64,000 nucleotides of DNA from Octopus vulgaris (taxonomy: Eukaryota), in assembly GCA_951406725.2 (NCBI GenBank), contig OX597825.1, forward strand, positions 7,626,001 through 7,690,000. The letters run 5' to 3'. The notes below the pieces were generated by a model. That model saw only the letters and a program-made list of their open reading frames with translations. It ran no database searches and was not told where the DNA came from. Shown here piece by piece: positions 39,450 to 55,090 of this stretch (position 1 is the first letter of the stretch; each line of letters starts with the position of its first letter). The position numbers were made by a program, and so were the translations under genes.

Positions 39450-40749
39450 TATATACGAATATATATATGCACATATATAAACATATATATATGTCGATAT
39501 ATATGCATAAATTCAAAGATACATACATACTTCTATCTACATATATATATACAGTTTCTCTAAACATAAAGGAACATATATTCTTACGTGTGTATGTGTG
39601 TATATCTACACATACACACACAACATCACTCACTCGTCATATACTTATGTGTGTGTGTATGTGTCTGTGTGTGCCTATATGTTTGCATGTATCTATGTGT
39701 ATTAATGCACGCATTTATGTATACGTCCATGCGTTAAGTGAGGTTGACCGATATTATTTTCTACTTTGCACAATTTTACTGTCTCTTCTTCGGACTATTC
39801 TGCGGTCGAAATTGTTACAGCTGGCAGCATATAGGTCTTTCTTTAACCACAAAAATAACAATCATGTCTTTAAAATTTCAGAACTATCTTTTACGAAGTC
39901 TATTAATACCATAAACCGTTTGATCACATGACCTCTTTTATAATCTTAGTTTCCTCTGTTGTTTTCATACGTACCAAATAAATGTGTTTATACACTACAA
40001 GAAGACCGTTTTTGTATACAACTAGTATATATATAAAGTGTTTAAAGGCCATTTAAGTGAGTTGTTTACTGTTTGGAAGCGTGGTTAAACTGTCATTGTA
40101 AAGTAGTGCAAATGTTTCTGGGCTCTCCTAAGATTTGTAACATCCATGGTGTTGTTGCTATGTTTCGTTGTTTTACACGAGTAACGTTTGGTCAATAAAT
40201 CACGGCTGATCAAACGAGATAACTCGAAGCTATTAGACAGTCTCTTTATTGCGGCAGATATCGTTACTGCGGTAACATGGCGGGCGTTTGGGAGACGACG
40301 ATGAACTGAAGAAGTGGCATCCTTTAAGAATATTTTTTTTTAGTGGAACGAGTAAGAATTGGTTGACGTTTGATAATGAAACTTAAAAGTGAGGCTGTAG
40401 ACCTTTTGTTGAGCACTCCGCACTCTATCCAACATCAAACTCCACCATACACACACATACACACACATGCGCACAAACACATCCCACATATGCGCACAGA
40501 CACATCTACACATATGCGAAAACACGTAGACATACACACACAATCGATTAAACTGGAAAACTAATTTACAAAATGCCAACGGCAAAATCCTTAATATTCT
40601 ATCTCAAGAGAAATAATAAGAGAGATCTACAATATTCTCAATAAATAATTCTAGTTTTTCACCCGAATATACAATATCGTACTATGTTGTCCACTAGTTT
40701 GGACAATAGAGGGTCTTCTTTCTGCTTCAGAATGTGCGATGAAAACTAT

Positions 40750-40941
40750 TGGCGCAGGAGTGGCTGTGTGGTAAGTAGCTTGCTTACCAGCCACATGGTT
40801 CCGGCTTCAGTCCCACTGCGTGGCCCCTTGAGTAAGTGTCTTTTACTATAGCCTCGGGTCGACCAAAGCCTTGTGAGTGGATTTGGTAGACGGAAACTGA
40901 AAGAAGCCCGTTGTATATATATATATATATATATGTGTGTG

Positions 40942-40993
<52 letters not shown>

Positions 40994-41195
40994 TGATTGT
41001 GTTTGTCCCACCAACATCGCTTGGCAACCGACGGCGGTGCGTTTATGTCCCCCTAACTTAGCAGTTCGGCAAAAAGAGACCGATAGAATAAGTACTAGGG
41101 CTACAAAGAATAAGTCCTGGTGTCGATTTGTTCGACTAAAAGCGGTGCTCCAGCATGGCCGCAGTCAAATGACTGAAAGAGGTTAAAGAATAAAA
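40750..41195 (+). mobile_element. SINE family B, full length, with internal (TA)n(TG)n
   Basis: ggcgcaggagtggctgtgtggtaag head; colinear with 2451-2893. Confidence 0.9.
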
Positions 41196-42088
41196 GCATA
41201 CAAGAATGTCCACAGTTGTCCTTCATCAATATAATGATTTCTTGCGTAGATTCAAGGCCACATATTATTATTGTTCTTCTCTTTTTTTTTCTTTTTTTTT
41301 GGGTCAGGTAATTCGATTAATATCGATCCTAGTCTTGATTGGTTTTATATTTTATCATCGCTGGACTTGGACTGATGAAAGACAGAATTTAATTATAATG
41401 ATATGTGTCAATAGCTAATATGGCCTCATCGTCACCGCATACTTGTAAACAGCTACCTTTATAATGCATCTTGTTATAAATATCATAACAATACTTAACC
41501 TAAATGCAGATTGTGACGTTCAGTAATTCATTATCTGAACACGTTCACATACAAGAAATTGGTGAAACTAAAGTTTTACAACGGAAACAACGCCTCGTGT
41601 AGACAAATGACATCGCTGGTGGTTGCATCCAACACCATTGACGATCATTTCACATTAAGAATACGAGGCTTTCGATGCAAACTCGGCATAATAGAGACGA
41701 CGTGGTACAGAGATAGAAACAAGATCTCTTGAAAGTAAATAGCATCTACTTGAAACACCTACTGAAGCATGTGTCTGTTTATTAACGACTCGCATGATAC
41801 AATGATACAATATAATATGAGGGAAATATGCTGAAAGAAAACACAAAATTGCAATCTGGACATATGATTAAACTCTAAGACAAACAGCATCCATGTCTAC
41901 TATAATGGCATTGTTATAAACTGATGGTAGAGATGATTCGGCTACGCGGGTTCGAATCACAGTTGTAATTTGCGACCCTGGCCTACATAGGTCAGAAATG
42001 AATGTGCGAAGCCGAGTTAACTGGCTCTTAAAAAACAACATAGTAAGTATGATGTCAATTGTATCACCATCACTCTTTACACCATTGA

Positions 42089-42163
<75 letters not shown>

Positions 42164-42217
42164 GTATATATGTATATATGTATATATATATATATATTTA
42201 TGTATATATACGTGTAA

Positions 42218-42566
42218 ATAGCTTCAAGGTTCATCGAAGTCTAGGACTACGGGCCATACGTCCCCTGCCCATTTCAAGATCACAACATATAGGTACACTG
42301 CGATACAATTTATTTTCCTCAACAGGCCCTGCCCTGTTTAACACTGTCCCAAAACTGATCAAAGAGGAAAAGAATCCCTTCACCTTCAAACGGAGTCTGG
42401 ACAAATTTCTTCAAGGAATACCAGATAAGCTACTCATACCTGGATACAAGTCACTCAAGAAGAACTCACTACTTGAATGGACTATGATAACACAAAACTT
42501 GACTAAAAAGTATTTATCAGGTGGTGCTATGAAGTTAGATATGGCCTGGACCAATCTTTGGTCGAA

Positions 42567-42567
<1 letters not shown>
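42218..42567 (+). mobile_element. 5'-truncated CR1-group LINE (ORF2 C-terminus and 3' end) between (TA)n and (CA)n
   Basis: [39 protein letters not shown]...GY...NSLLEW matches the CR1-type GP.LFN.LP...FK..LD.FL..IPD terminal motif. Confidence 0.8.
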
Positions 42568-42634
<67 letters not shown>

Positions 42635-42696
42635 TTACGCGTAAATGTCGAACTATGAAATGAGTGCTCAAAACCGCATTGGTGGAGAAATAATTT

Positions 42697-42817
42697 ATTT
42701 CTTTATGAATTAAGGCTACCGTTGGTTTCATTTTAGGAAAAGTAGGAAACTATCCTGGTGTTTTAACCCTACTTTTCTTTACATGAAACCAATGGTAGCC
42801 TTAATTCACAAATAAAT
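42697..42817. repeat. Inverted repeat, ~50-bp stem with ~20-nt loop
   Basis: gaattaaggctaccgttggtttcat...gaaaagtagg / cctacttttc...atgaaaccaatggtagccttaattc. Confidence 0.9.
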
Positions 42818-43304
42818 GTATGTCAATATATATATTCACACATACACATACACACACATATATATATACATTATATATATACATATGTACAGAGTAGCAA
42901 CAAGGTTGGAGCAAAGTATGACAGAACATGAGTATATAGGGAAAGAATGAAACTCATTAATTCATATGCTACAAATGATCAGGATATCTGGAACAATAAA
43001 TATCTGCAAGACCTTCTTAAGTTTTAAAAGATGATGAACAAAACATGATGCTTTCTTTTACAGCAATGCTACTAAGTAGGTGGCCGGCAAAAATTGGCTC
43101 TAATCGAAAAGAGAAACTAATACACAGATATGCAGGCTTATATGCTTAGCAGATACTTACACACACACACAAATACACACACACACAAACACACACACAT
43201 ACACAAACATGTACGTATTAGTATGCATATATGTATGTATAAATGCATGTGTGTGTGTACGTTATAACTGCGGAATTGTAAATGGATTTCAAACTCACGT
43301 TTTT

Positions 43305-43355
<51 letters not shown>

Positions 43356-43918
43356 TCACACGAACCCAGGCGCACACGAATAGACATGAATATATATATG
43401 TGCGGGTTTACGTATAAAGAGAGAGAGAGAGAGAGAATGGAGGGAGAGAAAGGGAGGGGAGAGAGCGGGGTGGGCTATTAAAAGCCCAGATGCCAATGGT
43501 ATTTATATATGTCGAACATGTTTTTATATTCCTGCCAAAATACAGTCTTCTACTGTAATTCTTCTAGCCTTGCCCAATGTTTGTTATGTAAGAAGAAGAA
43601 GAAAAAACTGTTCACCAACCAAAAGTAAGGAGATGGAGGGAAGGGAATCTGCAAATCGACATAAAGACCAGGAGGATATTCACTAAGATTAATACATGGA
43701 TATATATACATATATACATATATGCACGTATGTGCGTATGTATGTATGTATGTATGTATGTATGTATGTATGTATGTATGTACGTACATGCACACACACA
43801 CACATATATGGACACATATAGATATATATGTATATACTTATATCTATCTATGTATATATATACATATATATATATACATACATATATAGATATAAGTATA
43901 TGTATATCTATCTATCTA

Positions 43919-43967
<49 letters not shown>

Positions 43968-44056
43968 TATATGTATATGCTTATATGTATGTATGTGTGT
44001 ATGTATATATATATATATATCTTTATATATATACATATTATATACATACGCATATA

Positions 44057-44092
<36 letters not shown>

Positions 44093-45134
44093 TCTCTCTC
44101 TCTATATATATATATATGTATATATATACACACACATTTATTTGGTGACTTATGTTGAGAGTTTTTTTATTCAGTCCTTCCGCAAATGGAATATTAGAAT
44201 ATTTCGTTTTACTAATCACGATGCCTAACAGAAAATGTGGCGTTAAACATAAATCCCTGAGAATGATGGTTGCCAGAGTATTACACAGATTCAGCACACG
44301 ATCACAAGTTATGCTTGTGTGCATGTGTGTGTGTGAGAGTGTGTGTTTCTCTGTGTGTGTGTGTGTGTGTATGTGTGTGTGTGTGTAGTCACAATTGGCC
44401 ACCTCGAAGAAGAGGGAAGCATTCTCTGCCATTGCGGCCCTTTGTAAATTTATTTAGAAGAATCCAGAACACTTTACACACAGGTATTGAATTTTTCACC
44501 CGAACTTGATGGTGGCGTCACACTTAATAGAATGTATGTTAACATTTGTATACATGCGTGTGTATGTCTATATATATACATATATATGAATCTATATATA
44601 CATATATGTACGCACACACACGCGTATATGGTATATGTGTGAATCCTCTGTGTTACGGAAGAAATGCATTTTGAAGATCCGTAACAACCAAATTTCTTTC
44701 CCCATTGATTTTCTGGTTCTAAAGACTAAAGAGATAATGTGTTCCATCGGATTTTCTTCATTTGGAAACAAGAAGCAAACACAACAGCAACGAACAACGA
44801 ATACAACCACTTCTCCACGCATAACAATTTCTAAACATACACAGTAAAACATATGTGTGTGCGTATGTGTGTGCGTCTGTTTGCGTGTGTGTGAGTTGCG
44901 CTAGCGTACGTTTGTATCTATGCATCGTCTTTGTATTTCTGCAAATTGTTAAACATACCTTGGTCTTTGCTAAATCGCCGAGAATCGGCCTTTTCACTTG
45001 GAAGAATATGTAATTTGTAAATTGTCAATGCTTATCCAAGTTTCCCTGATGGTGGAATCTCGAAACCTAATTTACATACATACATACACACACACAAACA
45101 TACATATCTATATAACTTGGAAACAACTTAGATA

Positions 45135-45213
45135 TGTCTCGACCAAGGTGCCACGCATTGGGACTGAATCCGGAAACATGAGGTTGGTAAGCAAGCTACT
45201 TACCACACAACCA

Positions 45214-45215
<2 letters not shown>
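45135..45215 (-). mobile_element. SINE family B head fragment (other fragments at ~8174, 36415, 48535, 51145, 57935)
   Basis: ccaaggtgccacgcattgggactgaatcc...gcaagctacttaccacacaaccact. Confidence 0.8.
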
Positions 45216-45253
<38 letters not shown>

Positions 45254-45261
45254 TACATGTA

Positions 45262-45314
<53 letters not shown>

Positions 45315-45593
45315 TATATGTATATACATCATATGTACGTGTGTTTGTGTGTGTGTGTGTGTCTGCGTGTGTGTGAGTATTTATTACCTTTAGACTCAAC
45401 CTTAGACGTATGTCTACATCAGATAGCATAAGTGAAATTTTAGCTGATGGAGATTCGATCTCTGGTTACGATATGTAATATATTTCATAAAATCTAATGT
45501 ATATCACACACACATACACACACACACATTTTGTGTGTATTTCTTTTCTTTACCTGTGTGTGTGTGTATGCATGTGTGCGTATATATATATGT

Positions 45594-45624
<31 letters not shown>

Positions 45625-45789
45625 CACTGGTGTGTAGGAGACGGTCTGTACGAGTGCAGGCGTTTTCTTTTCTCACACGATTTTTGCTTTTGTCTTTGAT
45701 GTTTGTATCACATTTCTTTATTTTGCTCTTCCCAGATAAAGAGATATCGATTCCATTTCATTCGATAAAATGTCCAACACAAATGCGAT

Positions 45790-45803
45790 ATACATACATA
45801 CAT

Positions 45804-45884
<81 letters not shown>

Positions 45885-45914
45885 AATGTATGTGTATATA
45901 TATATATATAAATG

Positions 45915-45987
<73 letters not shown>

Positions 45988-46045
45988 AATGTATGTATAT
46001 ATATATATATATAAACGTATGTATATATATATATATATATAAACG

Positions 46046-46105
<60 letters not shown>
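45790..46105. repeat. Long (TA)n-rich tract with a higher-order unit aaatgtatgtg(ta)n
   Basis: Direct reading. Confidence 0.9.
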
Positions 46106-46108
<3 letters not shown>

Positions 46109-46747
46109 ATGAGTGGTGAAAAGTGATATGAAATTTTGATGAAATGATGCTTGCTAGTTCCAGGAGCGATCGACGTAGAACTTTTACCGCCACAAAGCGA
46201 ATCTGCACCAAATATCAACAGTATGCAGGTGCTCAGTTCAACCTTTACAATGCTTATTATTCAGGTAAAGGATAATTACATTAAAATAATCTGCCAGCAG
46301 CTATATGAATATATTTATAGTTGAGAATTTGTAAAATATATTATATGAAATGTTCTATTAAATTATTCATTGCAGTAGTTTGGTATGTGAGTTCTGAGTT
46401 AATCTAGATAAAGGTGGCCACGACCGTGTCTTCTATAATAAAACTATAATACGGGCCAATAAAAAGGATGACACATATCAATTAAAGATAGGAGCAAATA
46501 AACTGAGTTTATACATAAAGACAAAAATATATATTGATGAATTATTGTTGCGAATTATCATAGAAGATTGGCGGTGGTTAGGTGGGTGAGAATGGAGGTT
46601 AAAGATCGGGTAGGGTGAAATTAGAATATATATTGACTGCCATCGATACGTACATGCATGCATGCATACATATACATACACATATATATACGTCTTTCTT
46701 TCTCTGTGTATACATACATACATACACACATACATAGACACATGAAA

Positions 46748-46784
<37 letters not shown>

Positions 46785-46791
46785 TAGATAT

Positions 46792-46852
<61 letters not shown>

Positions 46853-47977
46853 GAGATAGATAGATAGATAGATATGCAGAAGTGTTTGTAAATGATTGAT
46901 TGATTATCGATATAGATGGATGGATACCCAGACAAATAGATTGGAAGTGGAACAATAATGCTTACGTAAACATATTGTGTGTTTGTGTTTCAATACACAC
47001 AACCCGTCACCTCCCTTTATATATATGTGTATATATATGTGTGTGTGTGTATTATATATATATATACACACACACACATAGCCCCGCCACACACACACTC
47101 TCACACACGTATGTGTAGAAATACTGTGTGTGTTTGTATATATGCATATATGCTGTACGAGTGTGTGTGTGTGTGTGTGTATACGTGGAGAGGAGATATT
47201 TAAAGTGTATGAATGGGAGGGAAAGAAAGAAGGGGAGAGAGAGGAATAGGGTGAAAAGCGAATACGGGAAAGAAGAGGGTGGAGGTGGTTGTGTCATGTG
47301 AGGGATATGGAAGTTTTGATGTTGGTGGCGGTGGTGGAGATAGTGGTGGTGGTAGTGGTGGTGTGGTGGTAGTAGTTGTTGTTGTTGTGGTGGTGGTAGT
47401 GGTGGTAGTGGTGGTAATGGCAGTGGGGCTGGTTATGATTGATTTAGAAGTGATGCTGGTTACAATATTCGGCTAACAGAGATGGTGAGAGTAGCAAGTT
47501 AACGATGGTAGGAGGGAATAGTTATACTGTTATAGGTGACAGGATGTGATAAATGATTGGAACGTACATGTGTGTGTGTGTGTATGTGTGTGTCTTTGTA
47601 TTTGTGTGTATGTGTAAAGAGGGATAAGTGAGGTAGAGAGCAGAGAGAGAGAGGGGGAGGGAGAGAAGGAAAGGGTGAATGAAAGTGAGCATGAACGAGA
47701 ATGAATGAGATGCGTCAGGAAATGAATGTGAAATTGAAGCAGTGGAAACTTTGGAAAGAGAGAACGATGCAAAGATATAAGTTCTCACTCAACAAGGAAT
47801 ATCTGAGACAACGAAGCCAGAACTTTAGAATTTACCGTTCTGTGGAATGGTAACCACATACAAGATATATGAAACACGTCTAGAAAGCGGCCGCCTCATT
47901 GTTATGTTGAGTGCCATCGTAGACGAGGATGTGTATTGACTGACAATGTACGATTGATATTTCTGTATTCATCAGTG

Positions 47978-48100
47978 AAGGAGCGTGTCCTGGTGGTTAG
48001 TGTTTTGCGTTCATGATAGCCAGAACATAAGTTCGATTGCCTGATCGGGCGACGTGTTGCCTTCTTGAGCGAATAACTTCATTTCACGTTGCTTTAGTGC
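47978..48100 (+). mobile_element. Degenerate tRNA-derived SINE related to 60282-60620
   Basis: tggtggttag A-box, gttcgatt B-box, cttcatttcacgttgct block shared. Confidence 0.6.
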
Positions 48101-48416
48101 TGTGCAGGCACTGATATGTCAAAGAATAGATCCAAATGTTCGTTATTTACATTTGACGAATATTTGTTCTCATCTTGTTTGTTGACGAAATCGAGATTGA
48201 CAACGACAAATTTGAGTGGGTAACCATGTAGATCATATGAACAAAATACATCAGTACTGTGTGGAAATCCAACGCATGTGTGTGTGTTTGTGTGTGTATA
48301 CACCACAAGTATGCACGCACACACACATAGATAGATAGATACATACATACATACATACATATATATATATGCATGTGTGTGTATGTGTATACACATACAT
48401 ATATTATATATATATA

Positions 48417-48531
<115 letters not shown>

Positions 48532-49878
48532 GGTGCACTTGGGCACGGTTTATGTCAGCCAAATTAAAAAATTTATCTCACAAGCTATCGTCAATGCGCG
48601 ACTGCAGAACACGTTTGCCAATGTGCCACCGGTTGGGACCGAACCGAGAACCTCGTAGCTAATAATTGAAACTTCTTATCATCACAGTCATGTCTACACC
48701 TAGAATGTATTGAGCTAATTTAATTAGTTTCCTTAATTCTTTGGTTTGTAGAATTTTTCTTTTTTTTTCTTCTTTGTTCTTATATTTGCAATTCTGATTG
48801 ACAAGCGTCGGAGAAAGAGATTAAAATAAAGAAAAGAAACCACGACAAATTCCTCTTTAATATTCATTAACAGCAACCGTCTTCCTCAGGCTACTCTGCC
48901 AGACAATCAGAGAAGGGCAGTGAAGAGCAATTTACTGCTATATTAACTTGAACTCTATGGACAATATCTTTATGAAGTCCGCTGTACAAATATTGATTCG
49001 TCACAAGACCACACACTTGGTGTGGCCAGTAAAATCGATGCGAACAATCCCGTAATATCTGCGTTATATTCTTTTATACGAATGCTAAAAGCATAAGACT
49101 CCGTTAGGATCTGAACTAAACCGATGTAGAATATAATACGCGAAGGCTTTTATTTTCCTGTGGTGCACCGGTAGGGCCCCACCCATAATATATTCCTATT
49201 CAGCTCAAATATTACACAAAACAATGATCCAAGTTGAATCTATCTGGCTTTGTGTCTTCCTGGACGGATTGACAGACTAAAGAATAGTCGTATATATATA
49301 TATCTTTGTTTGTATGTTTATACTTAAGTGGGTATCAATGAATTGTATATGTATTGATGTATGTACGTACGTACGTTCGGATGTATAATATAATTAGTAT
49401 ATATGTATATATATAATTATATAGGCGTATGTGTGTATGTGCATGTGTGAGTGTCTGTATGCTATCAGAGCATTGTAGTACGCTGGTTTCATACTGTACA
49501 TTAATGTCTGACTGCATTGTCTCCGTGTATCCATATACGTTTCTCACGTTCCGACATGCCTGTCTATACGTGTATGAGCGTGTATTGTGTGTGTATATGT
49601 ATATTTCTCAATATACACATATGAATATTAGTGTCTCGGTACATCCATTGCTCTTCAAGCTTCACTACATGTCTATTCTTGTATAAGAGCGAAAATGTGT
49701 TAATATCTGTCTGTCACACTATCTGTGCAGGGAAGTTTATGCAAATTATAGGTTTTATTTTTTGTTTTCTAATTCTTCTTTGAGGTTCATTTCTGCATCC
49801 TATCTGTACACACCACTTCCTCACACTTTCTTCTTGTGTATGTTTTCATAATACATACATAATACATACATACATACA

Positions 49879-49946
<68 letters not shown>

Positions 49947-50030
49947 TTTTCAGATTTTTCTATATGCTAGGCTACTGGTTTTAAATTAGTATTAAATTAT
50001 TATTCAATTTATCATCCTCGTTATTTAAAT

Positions 50031-50089
<59 letters not shown>

Positions 50090-50419
50090 CGTGTGTGTGC
50101 GTGTGTGTGGGTGTATGTGTTTATATATGTATGTATGTATGTGTGTGCGTGCTTGTGTTTGTGTATTTACACACACACACACACCACACTCATACATACA
50201 CGCGCACACGTACATACACACAAACACATACAGTATTCTACTTGGCGCAGAGCGGATACGACAGTTCTGCAGACAGGAAAAACAAGCTGATGTAGAAGAC
50301 ACTCCGGCTGTGATGACCGATGACCGAAAATACAAGACTGTTCGGGAAATTGGATAACGAGAAGAAGGGCATTATAAATGGCTACTTACTGTACAAGCAA
50401 GCATATACACACACAGACA

Positions 50420-50470
<51 letters not shown>

Positions 50471-50618
50471 GCGCGCGCACGCATACACAGATATCTTCCA
50501 CGTCAGCCGATATCAGTGGAGGAACAGAATGAAATTGTCTGAAAGTGGAAGGCAAGAACTTGTAAATGGTCATTCGTTACTCGCTCTGACATGATATGTC
50601 AGATAAATGATAAGGACG

Positions 50619-50695
50619 TCTGTATAGTAGACAGGGTATCTGTATAGTAAGGGCACCTATAGAGTAAGGGCTTCTATTGTAAGGGCACCTCTATG
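50619..50695. repeat. Short degenerate minisatellite (~17-bp unit, tatagtaagggcacc)
   Basis: gtaagggc three times and tctgtatagta twice. Confidence 0.6.
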
Positions 50696-50990
50696 CTGGT
50701 GGATGAATGGCTACGAAGTCGTCTGATGGGAGGTGATATCGTTAATTAATCTTGTAAATGTTCTGTCCAATTAAAATTAGTAGAACATATTATTTGTAAT
50801 CTGTAGCCCGATAATTAGGCCATGCGCTTTACATACATGCTTACACAAACATGTATATACATGCATATTTGTGTGTGAGTGTGTGTGTGTGTGTGTGAGT
50901 GGGTATTTGCTTATATGTGTTTGCTTGAGTGTCTTTACATCTATACCTATCTTGTTTCCCATAATTCTTTAACAGTAAATTTATTTGCGT

Positions 50991-51053
<63 letters not shown>

Positions 51054-51876
51054 CATATATGTATGTATGTGTATATATATATACATACACATTCCTGTCA
51101 CACTAATTGCATATTATTAGAGTTGTTTTGAAGCCTATCTCCCTTACTTTCTTACTCTTTACTGTTTTGAGAGACTAGACAACGAATATGCTGTGACACC
51201 GCGCTGAAGGATACATTTGGCCAATCAAATGAACCTCAGTACTTATTTTAAGTTTCCTAAATACATAATCAGTTTTGTTTGGCCCTCAATCCCAAAGAGT
51301 TCACCTGTATCGTTTGGCTCTTCGGCTCCTTCGTCTCCTGTCTTTTTATATAAAATCTTTTGCTTGGGGAATCATCTACCTTTAAAATTGAGCCCTCATA
51401 ATATTTTCCCCTGTCAAATGAAAGCTTAAATTTGCGAAACCTAACGTCCAACAGCTTTTGCTGCAAACAACCAATGTTCTGAACTTTTTATTGACACCAC
51501 ACACCATCGCGAATTGCCAGATTTGATTCTATTTTGATATGACATTAATGAAGCAATTTTTGCTGCTATATTTGGAATTCTTTATACAAAACTCGTGGTT
51601 TAAATTCTGGTGGCTTAGTGAATCGGTTGCTTAAATGTTGATATGTCAACATTGGGTCACGTCTGTAGACATATGGTTGCATATTCCCGATATAATTCAG
51701 AAATTGATTCAAATAAATATGCAAAAGTGATTGATTTATTGAAATATGATACAGAGCTGTTATGAGTTGGAGATTCAGTTTCTGAATTGATTAAGATATT
51801 AAAATAAAAAAATGCATGAAACGTTATATGTTTTAAAGCATGGAGATATGTATCTATGTATGTATGTATCTATCTA

Positions 51877-51948
<72 letters not shown>

Positions 51949-51960
51949 ATATGTATGTAT

Positions 51961-52005
<45 letters not shown>

Positions 52006-52149
52006 GCGAGAGAGAGAGAGAGAGAGAGAGAGTATGTGTGTGTGTGTGTGTGATGATTTAATGAGAGCCAGTATGCTTGTTGTTTTATTTCCATGTAAGT
52101 GTGAGTTTGTGTATATGTGTGAAGATAAGGAGAGGGTTGAAGTGGGAAT

Positions 52150-52860
52150 AATTCAAAAGCGAACATAAATTCTTTTCCACGTGATGAACATCGTTCAAAC
52201 TGCGCATGTCTGTAGTGTTTTATGCGACGTAATCTCCATGACGAGCAATGCATTAGCGCCACATTGACCCAGTTCACGAAACTTCTTTGAAGAAATTCAG
52301 ACGTTAACTGTTGTAACCACTTCTTTACAGCAAAATTCTCTCCATCTGTGCCATTGAATTGTTGTCTCTGAAGACAAGCGTTTGGCAGTCAGAGGGTACC
52401 AAATACGAGTTGAACGGTAAATGGGAACTGGCGTCGGCCTAACTTGCCGATTGCTGAATTTGTTGTCAATGATGTATGTGGTCGCATATTGTCATCACAA
52501 ACAAAGTTCTTGTACAGTGTCTTCCTCCACATGGATTTTCCAAAGCATCTAGAGTGTCTCACTATACGCCGCGCTTTGCAGGGTACAACCACGTTCCAGA
52601 AAACAAAGGAGAATAACACCCTTGTTGCCCTCCGAGACATTCTGTGCAAATGCTATTACTTGAACATGGAGAAGAGACGCGGTCCCTTCCATGGATTAAA
52701 TCATCGTTTTCAGACCAAACAGATATTACCACACATCCTCCTCTGTCGCCAGATCGGAGAAGATAACCTATGATGATAGACTTTTAACGCATCCAAAAAA
52801 TCAGAGCAGATTGCCTCTTTCTCGCTATCAAATCAGGAATCAACTGCCGAAAACCCTACT
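52150..52860 (-). mobile_element. Highly degenerate mariner transposase relic
   Basis: Minus strand LATEEDVW*Y (~IVTGDETWVY), VFWN, DDNMRPHTSLTT...KLG (~HDNARPHTA..T...LG). Confidence 0.65.
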
Positions 52861-54631
52861 TCACCAGTTATCAGCTGGTAGGGGATATATTAGACTGATA
52901 TATGTTCCAGGTTCAAGATATTTAGACGTAGATATCATGTCAGGTAAAACAGAAATCGTAATCTAATGTTTGAGTAGATATGAAAACTAATAATTAATGC
53001 AATTTGAATGGAAGTTACGGGGAGGGGGCGTTTAACTTGATCCAGGAGCTAGAATGTGATATAAGTTTGTAGAAACTGTTTAAAGATATGGGAGTGAAGA
53101 GAACAAATATTGGCAATTAACTGAAAGTCTTCAATTTAGTAATTGAAAAAATATTGCAAACTATATTTCGGCATATTATATTCTAAAATTCTGCAAGTAC
53201 AATGCTTTGTGGAGAAGAATTGTATTACTACTCATATGCACATGATACGTACTGTACATACACCCACATAAATACACACATACACACACACAATTACACA
53301 TATACACACACATATACACACATATATTCATACACATCTATCGAGATATATATATATATAAAAGTTTGGTTTTGGAAGGAAGATGATTAAGTGCGATCCA
53401 TTTGGCGAATAGTAACAATATCTATTGAATTTTATGGCGGAGAAAGTTTGATCCATCGTGTAAAGAAATAACGAAATATAGAAATGAATGAATGCAGTTA
53501 GTTGAGTGTGTGGTTATTATAGATAAGAAATATGCAAACATAATAGTCTATTTTGATCGTGTGCTAAAGAATATATGGGCGTAATCCATGGGATGATAGG
53601 AAGAGGAAGAAGAATTTCAAACACAACCAGTCTATTGTAATGGTATGGAGGGAAGAATTATGATTATGTTGCTGGAACGGTTTAGATAAAATGTTAAAAA
53701 AATAAAGAAGAAGAATCCATTTTCTTGGAGAAAGCAAAATTAATAAAAAAGAAAAAAAAAAGTAATAACTGAATGAAATCCAACTGTGTCAGAGAGAAGG
53801 ACAATTGGAAGGGGATCTGTTGGTTGGTGCTGACAAGAAATCTTACAATGGAAAATATTTGTTTGCATGGAAAGCAAATCATTTAGTATAGATTGAGAGA
53901 AAAACAAGGTTCCTAATGTTTGTTAAGGATGGGGGTAATAGGAAGAGCGAATTTGTGAAGATAGATGCTTGGAGGGGGAAAATAGTTTCGGGTATTTGTT
54001 CGAAATCTTTAAAAAAAATAAATTCTTTTGTGATTTTGCTGTTAAAGCGGAAATTTCAACATAAAGGAATAAAAACTACAACACTTCATTGTCTAAAAGC
54101 AGCAGCTAATTAACTGAGATTAATTAAGGGATTAATTTATTTCGCGCATGATAAAGACGTTTTATTCCTCACTTGATGCTACAAATTTCCCAAAGCCTTT
54201 ATCAAAATCAGTGACGCAAAGCGGTTGTGATCAGAGCACGAAACCGTTGATGGGAATTTGAGTAGCTTTGAACGTACCGCTGGCCAACGTCTCACGCCTT
54301 ATTTAATCGACTATCAAAGATTCAGGACACCTTTTAACTTGTACAAGTAATTTATTAAACATTACAAGATTTAATAATCCCCACACACTCACACCAACAC
54401 CACTGCTATCACCACCACCACCACCGCCACCACCGCTGTCACCATAACTCCTTCCACTACTGCCACTATACTCCTCCTCATCCTATTCCTCATACAAACA
54501 CACACACGTATGCTTCTTATATAAAAGTGGATGACTACACAAACATGATCGACGCCGTGCACCTCGTCCTGGATAAAAGATACAGAGTTTAAGCTCAAAT
54601 TAATTTAAGCGCTAGTACGGGTTTTCTATGT

Positions 54632-54949
54632 GGAGGCGCAATGGCCCAGTGGTTAGGGCAGCGGACTCGCGGTCGGAGAATCGCGGTTTCGATTCCCAGA
54701 CCGGGCGTTGTGTGTGTTTATTGAGCAAAAGCACCTGAAAGCTCCACGAGCCTCCAGCAGGTGATGGTGGCGACCCTGTTGTAATCTTTCGCCACAACTT
54801 TCTCTCACTCCCTCTTCCTGTTTCTTGAGTAACGCTGCGATGGACTGGCGTCTCGTCCAGCTGGGGGGGGGGAACACATACGCCACAGAAATCGGGAAAC
54901 CAGGCCCATGAGCCTGACTAAGCTTGAAAAGGGCGACGTTTATCGTTTT
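54632..54949 (+). mobile_element. tRNA-derived SINE family C, full length
   Basis: ggaggcgcaatggcccagtggttagg A-box, gtttcgattcc B-box; TSD-like tacgggttttctat (54616) / tacgtgttttctat (54950). Confidence 0.85.
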
Positions 54950-54998
54950 TACGTGTTTTCTATACGAAGCATATCTAGCTCTCACCTATTTTCTGTCC

Positions 54999-55090
<92 letters not shown>

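Noticed and set aside
41905-41985. tRNA gene (gggttcgaatc B-box)
   Set aside because: No cloverleaf; more likely a decayed SINE head. The same applies to the SINE heads at 54632 and 2451.
41998-42663. Longest ORF (221 aa) as a host gene
   Set aside because: A chance in-frame fusion of (TA)n, a CR1-type LINE C-terminus and (CA)n.
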